DNA from: Maribellus sp. CM-23
GTDB lineage: Bacteria; Bacteroidota; Bacteroidia; Bacteroidales; Prolixibacteraceae
Direction of reading: 5' to 3'
Length of the DNA: 32,000 bases
Assembly (NCBI RefSeq): GCF_021354595.1
Contig: NZ_JADWYJ010000001.1
Location: forward strand, 7,446 to 39,445
Shown here: one piece after another, positions 8,779 to 15,926 of the stretch
Layout of the letters: every line of letters starts with the position of its first letter
Numbering within the stretch: the stretch's first letter is position 1
Notes under the pieces: generated by a model
What the model saw: the letters and a program-made list of their open reading frames with translations, nothing else
The model's database searches: none
What the model was told of the DNA's origin: nothing
Translations under genes and position numbers: made by a program

Positions 8779-9780
8779 ATGGAGTTTGGCGATATTTTAC
8801 AAGACCTGAAAAAGGGAATTTACTACCCCATTTATTTGCTGCAGGGCGAAGAACCTTATTTTATTGACATTATTTCGGAGTACATCGAAAAGAACGTGCT
8901 GACCGATGCCGAAAAAGGCTTCAACCAAACCGTTTTTTACGGCAAAGATTCGGATACGATCAACATCGCGGAAAGCTCAATGCGTTTCCCGATGATGGCC
9001 AGCAAACAGGTGATTATTGTAAAAGAAGCGCAAAGTTTAAACAAGATCGAATTACTGTCGTCGTATGCCGAAAAGCCACTGGAATCAACGATTCTGGTGC
9101 TGGCGCACAAGTACAAAACGGTGGATGCCCGCAGTAAACTGGTAAAGGCGATCAAAAAAAACGGGGTGATCCTGACCACCAAAAAACTGTATGAAAACCA
9201 GGTTCCGGCCTGGATCGACAAATACCTGAAAAGTCACGACTACACCATTACCCCGCAGGCAGCACAACTCCTGACTTCTTTTTTGGGGACCGACCTCAGC
9301 AAAGTGGCCAACGAGTTGAACAAACTGGTAATTGCCGTAAAAGATTCGAACCGGATTACGCCCGAGCACATCGAGAAAAACATTGGTGTGAGCAAGGATT
9401 TCAATTTAATTGAACTGCAAACTGCACTCGGAAACAAAGACATATTACGAGCCAACAAAATCATCCAGTATTTTGGCTCCAACCCAACGCTTAACCCCAT
9501 TCAAAAAACCATTGCCGGGCTGTATTTCTATTATTCAAAATTATTTACCTATCATTTTCTGAAAGACAAATCGGAACGCAGTGTGGCCGCAGAGTTACGG
9601 GTGAACCCCTACTTTGTCCGCGATTACATCAGCGCCGCCAAAAAATACTCGCCCACCAAATTGTACGAGATTATGGGAATCTTGCGCGAGTACGATCTGA
9701 AAAGCAAAGGACTCAATGTTTCCACCATGGTGGACAGCGGTGATCTGCAAAAGGAAATGATCTATAAAATTCTACACTGA
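8779..9780 (+). CDS. holA: DNA polymerase III subunit delta
   Basis: 333 aa. N-terminus ...PIYLLQGEEPYFID, VIIVKEAQ and LVLAHKYKTVDARSKL are typical HolA features. Starts 1 nt after the amn stop codon. Confidence 0.88.
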   Translation: MEFGDILQDLKKGIYYPIYLLQGEEPYFIDIISEYIEKNVLTDAEKGFNQTVFYGKDSDTINIAESSMRFPMMASKQVIIVKEAQSLNKIELLSSYAEKPLESTILVLAHKYKTVDARSKLVKAIKKNGVILTTKKLYENQVPAWIDKYLKSHDYTITPQAAQLLTSFLGTDLSKVANELNKLVIAVKDSNRITPEHIEKNIGVSKDFNLIELQTALGNKDILRANKIIQYFGSNPTLNPIQKTIAGLYFYYSKLFTYHFLKDKSERSVAAELRVNPYFVRDYISAAKKYSPTKLYEIMGILREYDLKSKGLNVSTMVDSGDLQKEMIYKILH

Positions 9781-9782
9781 TT

Positions 9783-10397
9783 ATGATGATGACCTGGTTT
9801 ATAATAGGGGTTACAGTACTTATTTCGTACATGGCATTTCGCAACCCCGAAATGGCGTCGAAACTGCAGTTCAATGCCGCACAGATTATTCACCGCAAGG
9901 AATATTACCGGCTGATTTCGCATGCGTTTATTCACGCCAACTGGGCACACCTGGGGGTAAACATGCTGGTGCTGTTCTTTTTCGGGCGCAATATTGAAGC
10001 CTATTTTAACTTTTACTTCGGGAACAAGGGAACCGCGTTTTACCTGTTGCTGTATTTCGGCGGCATTCTGGCCTCCAACCTGTGGAGCCTCATCAAACAC
10101 AAGAACAACTACTATTACAATGCGGTGGGTGCTTCGGGAGCCGTTTCGGCGGTACTTTTTGCCACCATCTTTTTTGATCCGTGGGAACCGCTGTACCTGT
10201 TTGCCGTTCTCCCTATTCCGGGAATTCTGTTTGCTGCCGGCTATCTTTTTTATTCGTACCGGATGAGCCAGAAACAAAGCGACAACGTGGCGCACGATGC
10301 GCACTTTCTGGGAGCTGTGTTTGGCTTTGTATTCCCGATTTTGTTAAAGCCCGAACTCTTCGACCGCTTTATTGACCATCTTTTTGTATTCTTTTAG
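9783..10397 (+). CDS. Rhomboid family intramembrane serine protease
   Basis: Six predicted TM helices. HAFIHANWAHLGVNM (HxxxN) and catalytic GASGAVSAVLFA (GxSG), with a downstream HDAHFLGAVFG histidine. Confidence 0.88.
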   Translation: MMMTWFIIGVTVLISYMAFRNPEMASKLQFNAAQIIHRKEYYRLISHAFIHANWAHLGVNMLVLFFFGRNIEAYFNFYFGNKGTAFYLLLYFGGILASNLWSLIKHKNNYYYNAVGASGAVSAVLFATIFFDPWEPLYLFAVLPIPGILFAAGYLFYSYRMSQKQSDNVAHDAHFLGAVFGFVFPILLKPELFDRFIDHLFVFF

Positions 10398-10399
10398 GC

Positions 10400-11224
10400 A
10401 TGAAAACGCTGATTGTCAACGGAGAAGTTTGTTCGTTGGAGGAAGTCAGCATGAACCGCTGGCTGCTGGACGACCCGGTGATTCTGTCGCAAAAAGTGTG
10501 GTTTGGTTACGGCGGCATTCCTTTGCTGAATGAAAACGTGGAAAGTCTGCACCGACAAACGCAGGAGCTCGGAGCTCTGCTTCCTTCACTGTTTCGAAAC
10601 CAACGCGAGCTTTTTCGCCTCTGCAAACGCATGCTCAATAAAAACCGGTTTTATCGTTCGGGGACCATCCATATCCGGCTTTACGTATCAGCGAAAACGG
10701 TCAATTACCTGATCACTTCCGAGGCCCGTGAAATCTTTGATTTTCCGATTTCGGAGCAGGGAATGCTGGTCAACGTCAGCCAGCGGCGGAAACCGCTTAG
10801 TCAACTGGGCTCCTACCCTTTTTACAGCCGCTTGCTTTGGGAAACTGCCCGGAACACTCTTCGGAACGAATACCGTAATTCAATACTTCTGAACGATAAA
10901 AACTACGTTTGTGAAGGAATTGCAGCCACTCTTTTTATGGTGAAAGACCGGGTTTTGATCACTCCGTCAACAGAATCAGGATGCTGCAACCCGGTGATCC
11001 GCGAAATGGTTCTGAAACTGGGGCACCAGATGGGCTTAAAAGTAATGGAAGTACCGGAGTTGGAAAAAGAGCTGCTTTTTCATGTAGAGGAGTTATTTCT
11101 CGTTAGCGAAGCAACTGGCATTGAATGGATACTCGGATTGGAAAACAAACGTTTCGTTCGCTCCTTTTCGCTGGACCTTCACAATGAACTCAATCTTTTT
11201 CTGCAAAACAAAGTTGCCAACTAG
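10400..11224 (+). CDS. Aminotransferase class IV (PabC/BCAT fold)-like protein, possibly non-catalytic
   Basis: 274 aa. The C-terminal half, NYVCEGIAATLFMVKDRVLITP...NPVIREMV...EELFLVSEATGI, aligns by eye with the fold-type IV signature (E-x-x-x-x-N-x-F...TP). See findings for the apparently missing lysine. Confidence 0.6.
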   Translation: MKTLIVNGEVCSLEEVSMNRWLLDDPVILSQKVWFGYGGIPLLNENVESLHRQTQELGALLPSLFRNQRELFRLCKRMLNKNRFYRSGTIHIRLYVSAKTVNYLITSEAREIFDFPISEQGMLVNVSQRRKPLSQLGSYPFYSRLLWETARNTLRNEYRNSILLNDKNYVCEGIAATLFMVKDRVLITPSTESGCCNPVIREMVLKLGHQMGLKVMEVPELEKELLFHVEELFLVSEATGIEWILGLENKRFVRSFSLDLHNELNLFLQNKVAN

Positions 11225-11379
11225 GCCTTCAAACTAAATGTCGATTTATGCTTCTTCTATTTCCCTGAGGAAATTCCTCTTATCTTTCAAACGATTAAAA
11301 TATGTTAAATACATTTTTCTTCTTTGGATCATTTTGATTTATATGTACTTTTAAACGCTTGCTAATCAATAAAACTCTA

Positions 11380-11475
11380 ATGGCATTACCCGACATAAAC
11401 GCTGAATTAAGAAAAGGTAATCGTATGATTATTACTGATGATCAATTAACCCAACACCCCCTCTCAAACAAATGA
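11380..11475 (+). CDS. Candidate 31-codon upstream ORF overlapping the sialidase start codon
   Basis: ATG at 11380, reading MALPDINAELRKGNRMIITDDQLTQHPLSNK. The stop TGA at 11473..11475 overlaps the sialidase ATG at 11472 (ATGA). No independent support for expression. Confidence 0.25.
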   Translation: MALPDINAELRKGNRMIITDDQLTQHPLSNK

Positions 11476-12647
11476 AAACTGTCATCGTCATCGCCTTTCT
11501 GCTTGTCTTTGCAACCTCTTGTAAATTAAATCCGGAGCGCGAAGAAAAAGCCATCATTGTAAAAGAGCTCTGGAGCCAATCAGATACTTCCTACAATAAT
11601 TTTCGCATTCCATCGCTTATCGTTACACCCAGCAACACGCTGTTGGCTTTTGCTGAAGGCCGGGAAGGTGGCGACACCGGCAATATCGATATTCTGTTAA
11701 AGCGCTCAACCGACCATGGAAAAACATGGGAAAGCCAAACCGTTGTGTGGGACGATGGGAACAACACCTGCGGTAATCCCTGTCCGGTGATTGATCAGAT
11801 TACCGGTCGGATCATCCTGTTTATGACCTGGAACCTGGGAAGCGATCACGAATCGGATATTATACGGAAGAAAAGCCAGGATACGCGCGTTCCGTACATG
11901 ACCTATTCTGACGATGACGGGTTGACCTGGTCGAAACCGCAAAACATGCTGGAAAGCTGTAAAGACACAAGTTGGGGTTGGTATGCTACCGGCCCGGGTG
12001 TGGGCATTCAGCTAACATCCGCAGCATTTAAAGGTCGTTTGATTATTCCCTGCAACAACAGCTATGATGCTCCTGATTTCAAAAAACCGGACGGATTTGG
12101 CTATGGTTGCCATGTGCTTTTAAGCGACGACCGCGGAGCATCCTGGCGAATGAGTGAAATGATAAAACCACAGGTAAACGAAAGTCAGGTAGTGGAATTA
12201 AGCGACGGAACACTGATGATGAACATGCGCTCGTACAACGACAAAGCCTGCCGTGCTTTTTCGCTGAGCACCGACGGAGGTGAGACCTGGAGCGATGTTC
12301 AGCACGCAGTACAACTCGTGGAACCCGTTTGCCAGGCCAGTATTATTCATTACGGAAACTACGAGGGAAAGAATATGTACCTTTTTGCCAACCCGGCCGT
12401 TCCGTTTAGCCGGACAAATATGACCATCAAAACCAGTTTTGACGACTGCTCTGCCTGGAGCAATTCGAAACTGATCTACGAAGGTCCTTCAGCCTATTCC
12501 TGCCTCGCCAAATTGCCCAACGGAAATGTTGGTTTGTTTTTCGAATGCGGCGAAAAAAGTCCTTATGAAAAAATGATGTTTGTATCGTTCGCCCCCGGAG
12601 AGTTATTTACCCCCGGATCGGTTTTAGTCAATTTTATCAAAGAGTAA
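11472..12647 (+). CDS. Exo-alpha-sialidase (GH33, BNR/Asp-box), lipoprotein
   Basis: Lipobox FATSC. FRIPSL (RIP motif). Four Asp-boxes: STDHGKTW, SDDDGLTW, SDDRGASW, STDGGETW. Confidence 0.9.
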   Translation: MKTVIVIAFLLVFATSCKLNPEREEKAIIVKELWSQSDTSYNNFRIPSLIVTPSNTLLAFAEGREGGDTGNIDILLKRSTDHGKTWESQTVVWDDGNNTCGNPCPVIDQITGRIILFMTWNLGSDHESDIIRKKSQDTRVPYMTYSDDDGLTWSKPQNMLESCKDTSWGWYATGPGVGIQLTSAAFKGRLIIPCNNSYDAPDFKKPDGFGYGCHVLLSDDRGASWRMSEMIKPQVNESQVVELSDGTLMMNMRSYNDKACRAFSLSTDGGETWSDVQHAVQLVEPVCQASIIHYGNYEGKNMYLFANPAVPFSRTNMTIKTSFDDCSAWSNSKLIYEGPSAYSCLAKLPNGNVGLFFECGEKSPYEKMMFVSFAPGELFTPGSVLVNFIKE

Positions 12648-12730
12648 TTTAAACCAACACAAACACCCCGGGCATCAGAAATTTTGCCCCGAAATACAAT
12701 TGCCATAATTTTCAATAAACCAATAATCAC

Positions 12731-13174
12731 ATGATCAAAACATTCACATTTAGCTTTCTGATTTTATTTTCCATACTTCTGAATTCCTGCTTTTTTACCA
12801 CCAATTCAGCAGACTCTGAGCTAACAAGAACCGATATGCTGGGCACCTGGAAAGTAGCTGCAGAATCGTACGAAAAGCTGGCGGAAGAAAAAGCGGATGA
12901 TAAAATTGTTACAGGAATTCGGTTAAATGCCGATTCTACCGTAACTGTTTTCTACGGAAAAAAGATGGAGAAAGAAACAAAGGGCAAATGGCGCTGGAAA
13001 GTTGAGAAAAAGGTTGGAAACGAAACCGTTTCTTTCAGCATGGAAAGTGATGTGGTAGTAACCATCGGCAGGCACACCCTGCTGGCCATGCAGGCCATAG
13101 AAAACAAAGGCAAGCTAAAACTGATCGCCAGAAACTATATCTTCGAAAAAAAAGGCAAAGGTAGCATCCGTTAA
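12731..13174 (+). CDS. Hypothetical small lipoprotein
   Basis: Signal peptide with lipobox LLNSC. No family recognised. Lys-rich, beta-rich appearance. Confidence 0.55.
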   Translation: MIKTFTFSFLILFSILLNSCFFTTNSADSELTRTDMLGTWKVAAESYEKLAEEKADDKIVTGIRLNADSTVTVFYGKKMEKETKGKWRWKVEKKVGNETVSFSMESDVVVTIGRHTLLAMQAIENKGKLKLIARNYIFEKKGKGSIR

Positions 13175-13191
13175 TACAAGGGTATATACGT

Positions 13192-13247
13192 ACAAAAATA
13201 CCGGTGCAATCATTCGAATCAACGACTCGGACAATTGCACCGGTATT
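13192..13247 (-). terminator. Rho-independent terminator for fabF, possibly bidirectional between convergent genes
   Basis: Perfect 14-bp inverted repeat AATACCGGTGCAAT (13197..13210) / ATTGCACCGGTATT (13234..13247) with a 23-nt loop. On the minus strand the stem runs into TATTTTTGTA. Confidence 0.55.
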
Positions 13248-13267
13248 AAAAGCACACAAACGTTGTG

Positions 13268-14512
13268 TTAATTGTATTTTCGGAATACGCTGGTTGAAGT
13301 ATGTCCGCCAAAACCAAAGGTGTTACTAAGCGCCACTTTCACTTCCTTTTTCTGAGCTTTGTGCGGAGTAAGATTTAACTCAGGGTTGATTTGCGGATCC
13401 AGCTCCCCAAGGTTGATCGTGGGCGGAATAATCCCCTGCTCCACTGCTTTTACACACGCAATAGCTTCGATGGCGCCCGCTGCCCCCAGTAGGTGCCCGG
13501 TCATGGATTTGGTGGCGCTTATATGGAGCTTGTCCAAACTGTTCCGGAAAACCTTTTCAATGGCCAGGCACTCGCTGATATCGCCTACCGGCGTTGACGT
13601 GGCGTGAGCATTTATATAATTTACATCCTCCGGTTTTAGGTTGGCATCTTCCAACGCACCTTCCATTGCCAGCACAGCTCCCAGCCCTTCAGGGTGAGTG
13701 GCTGCCACATGGTAAGCATCCGATGCTGCCCCATAACCGGCCAGTTCGCAATAAATTCTGGCTCCTCTTTTTAGGGCATGCTCCAGCTCTTCAATCACTA
13801 AAACCCCGGCACCTTCACCAGCTACAAAGCCATCCCGCGACTTGTCAAACGGCCGCGATGCAGTTTCCGGGCTTTCGTTCAAGGTCGACATTGCCTTCAT
13901 TGAATTGAAACCACCAACACAAGCCTGTGTGATCGAAGCCTCCGAACCGCCGGCGATAACCACATTGGCACGCCCCAGCCGAATCAGGTCCAGGGCATTG
14001 GCAATGGCATTGTTCGAGGATGCGCAAGCCGATGTTAAAGAGTAACTTACCCCGTGCAGACCATAGCGGATAGAGATCTGCCCCGTGGCAATGTTTGAAA
14101 TCATTTTGGTAATAAAAAACGGGCTGAATCTTGGTTGCTGCGTGTTTTCTCCAAACTTCAGAATCTCGTCTTCAAAGGTCTGCATGCCGCCAATTCCGGT
14201 CGCCAGGATCACTCCTATTTTATTCCGGTCGCATGCATCCAGGTCTAAGCCCGAATCCTTAATGCCCTCGTCGGTGGCAGCCAATGCATAAAGCGTGTAC
14301 AAATCCATCTTGCGAACTTCCGATTTTTCGAACATCGCCGAAGGATCAAAACCTTTCACCTCGCACGCAAATTTTGTTTTATGATTTGTTGTATCAAACC
14401 GGGTGATCGGAGTTGCGCCACTTTTCCCGTTTATCAAACTCTGCCAAAAATCGTTGACATTGTTTCCTAATGGAGTAACGGCCCCCAATCCTGTTATTAC
14501 TGCTCGTTTCAT
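13268..14512 (-). CDS. fabF: Beta-ketoacyl-ACP synthase II
   Basis: MKRAVITGLGAVTPLG start. Active-site Cys in SLTSACASSNNAI, His residues in NAHATSTPVGD and MTGHLLGAAG, C-terminus FGFGGHTSTSVF. The track start at 14521 is a TTG three codons upstream. Confidence 0.93.
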   Translation of the reverse strand: MKRAVITGLGAVTPLGNNVNDFWQSLINGKSGATPITRFDTTNHKTKFACEVKGFDPSAMFEKSEVRKMDLYTLYALAATDEGIKDSGLDLDACDRNKIGVILATGIGGMQTFEDEILKFGENTQQPRFSPFFITKMISNIATGQISIRYGLHGVSYSLTSACASSNNAIANALDLIRLGRANVVIAGGSEASITQACVGGFNSMKAMSTLNESPETASRPFDKSRDGFVAGEGAGVLVIEELEHALKRGARIYCELAGYGAASDAYHVAATHPEGLGAVLAMEGALEDANLKPEDVNYINAHATSTPVGDISECLAIEKVFRNSLDKLHISATKSMTGHLLGAAGAIEAIACVKAVEQGIIPPTINLGELDPQINPELNLTPHKAQKKEVKVALSNTFGFGGHTSTSVFRKYN

Positions 14513-14545
14513 TTTTATCAATTTTTGAAAGTGAATTGCTTTGCA

Positions 14546-14565
14546 ATACTTACTAGTAAGTAAGT
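14546..14565. promoter_or_regulatory. Operator-like palindromic site between tetR and fabF (ATACTTACTAGTAAGTAAGT)
   Basis: Contains the perfect 16-bp palindrome TACTTACTAGTAAGTA (14547..14562). Identical at 19 of 20 positions to the site at 15173..15192. Confidence 0.6.
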
Positions 14566-14581
14566 TGACTAGGCAAATTTT

Positions 14582-15142
14582 TTAGGACTTTAGTCCTTCC
14601 TGAATGGCCTGACAAAAGCTTTTGTAATCAAAGTTTTTTACGATTCTCGAAAGTTGCAGGCTGGCCACTAAACTGGAAAAGATCATCGCCGCTTTGTTGT
14701 GCGAATCTTCATTAAACACAAAAAAACCTTTTTCCTTTCCAGAAGTAAGGATTTCGGTCAGCCAGTTTACAATCAGTTCGGTCATTTTTACCAGTTCGTT
14801 CTGAGTGTTCTCATTCAGTGTATCAAAGTCGGGACCGAGCGATCCAAAAATGCAGAGCTTCTGCTCTCTGTTGCTTTTTATATAGATTTTAATAAAGGCA
14901 TCCAACTGTTTCCATTCGTCAAATCCACGACTGTGCATGTTATCGATCATCTCTTCGAAACGCAGAATATTTGTTTTTACAATACTGGTCCCGAGATTGG
15001 CTTTTGTAGGAAAGTAGTAATGAACCGCCGCATTTTTGATTCCCAGTTCCGTAGAAATATCCTGGTAGCTAAAAGCATTGTATCCTTTGGTCAGAATCAA
15101 ATTCTCACCCAATTCAATAATTCTTTCCCTGGTAACTGACAT
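14582..15142 (-). CDS. TetR/AcrR family transcriptional regulator
   Basis: 186 aa. The N-terminal HTH region, RERIIELGENLILTKGYNAFSYQDISTELGIKNAAVHYYFPTKANL, is the canonical TetR_N signature. Confidence 0.9.
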   Translation of the reverse strand: MSVTRERIIELGENLILTKGYNAFSYQDISTELGIKNAAVHYYFPTKANLGTSIVKTNILRFEEMIDNMHSRGFDEWKQLDAFIKIYIKSNREQKLCIFGSLGPDFDTLNENTQNELVKMTELIVNWLTEILTSGKEKGFFVFNEDSHNKAAMIFSSLVASLQLSRIVKNFDYKSFCQAIQEGLKS

Positions 15143-15167
15143 CGCTATTTTTTTTGAATTACGGAAT

Positions 15168-15199
15168 CAAAAATACTTACTAATAAGTAAGTATCCAAA
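15168..15199 (-). promoter_or_regulatory. Candidate tetR promoter with an embedded operator
   Basis: The minus strand reads TTTG-gatacttacttattagtaag-TATTTTTG, then 25 nt to the ATG. The -7 box (TATTTTTG) is at 15168..15175, the -33 TTTG is at 15196..15199, and the spacer is 20 nt. The 20-bp operator-like site ATACTTACTAATAAGTAAGT (15173..15192) fills the spacer and overlaps the -7 box. Confidence 0.6.
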
Positions 15200-15374
15200 T
15201 TTTATTGAAAATCAGCATCAAAATTGCTTTTGGCAAGCGAAACCATAATGCATTGATAATACAAAGGTTTTAATACGAATGATATTCGATTATAAAATGA
15301 TCATTGGCCGAAAGACACCTGCCTTCCAGTAGGCAGGAAAGAAAAATATCCGCAACTTCTAACTTCAGCTTAAA

Positions 15375-15800
15375 CTACTTCGCTGCTTCTTCTGCCAGCT
15401 TTTTGAAGTTGTTCAGAATGGCCTGCCAGCCGTTTCTTTGCAAGACAACGGGGTGCATGTTTTCGGCTTCAAAGGTTTCGGTCACCCGTGTTTTATCGCT
15501 TTCTTCAGTAAAAACGATATTTACCATGCGCCCGTCATCAATCCGGTATTCAATAACTTTCAGCTGCTCAACACGGGTGTACTCACCCGAGAAATCAAAG
15601 CCCACACTGTCGTCACTTGCTTTCATGAGATACGAGAAGCGCCCACCGGTCTGAAGATCGTTTTCCGCCGTCGGACATTTCCAGTCGTCCGATGCAAAAT
15701 TCCATTTTGTAATAAACTCGGGCTCTGTCCAAACCTTCCATGCCTTTTCGAGAGGTGCATTCACCAAGACTTCTACCGTAACTTTTTCGTTGGGTTCCAT
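15375..15800 (-). CDS. SRPBCC-superfamily protein (Aha1/activator of Hsp90 ATPase-like domain)
   Basis: 141 aa. VLVNAPLEKAWKVWTEPEFITKWNFASDDW...GGRF...FDFSGEYTRVE...GWQAILNNFKK matches the AHSA1/SRPBCC pattern. Confidence 0.75.
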   Translation of the reverse strand: MEPNEKVTVEVLVNAPLEKAWKVWTEPEFITKWNFASDDWKCPTAENDLQTGGRFSYLMKASDDSVGFDFSGEYTRVEQLKVIEYRIDDGRMVNIVFTEESDKTRVTETFEAENMHPVVLQRNGWQAILNNFKKLAEEAAK

Positions 15801-15926
15801 ACTTCATCGGTTTAAAATGTTAGAATACCTTTAGTATCCAAGTTTTAAAACAATTCAGGTGCATTTTGGTTTTAAAGCGGCAAGGATCAGTAAGTCATCT
15901 CTTTCCTGTGGAGGTAAATCAACCAC

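Noticed and set aside
9762-10304. Long antisense ORFs in the track: the 180-aa ORF opposite the rhomboid gene, and also 1819..2241, 14699..15139, 15304..15815 and 15930..16511
   Set aside because: Each lies entirely inside, and opposite to, a gene with strong family signatures. Their translations are low-complexity or Arg/Lys/Phe-rich with no recognisable motifs. They are most simply explained as chance open frames on the antisense strand.
13211-13233. TTCGAATC (T-loop-like) sequence in the fabF-lipoprotein gap as a possible tRNA fragment
   Set aside because: It lies in the loop of the 14-bp terminator hairpin. There is no acceptor stem, anticodon arm or GG D-loop context around it.
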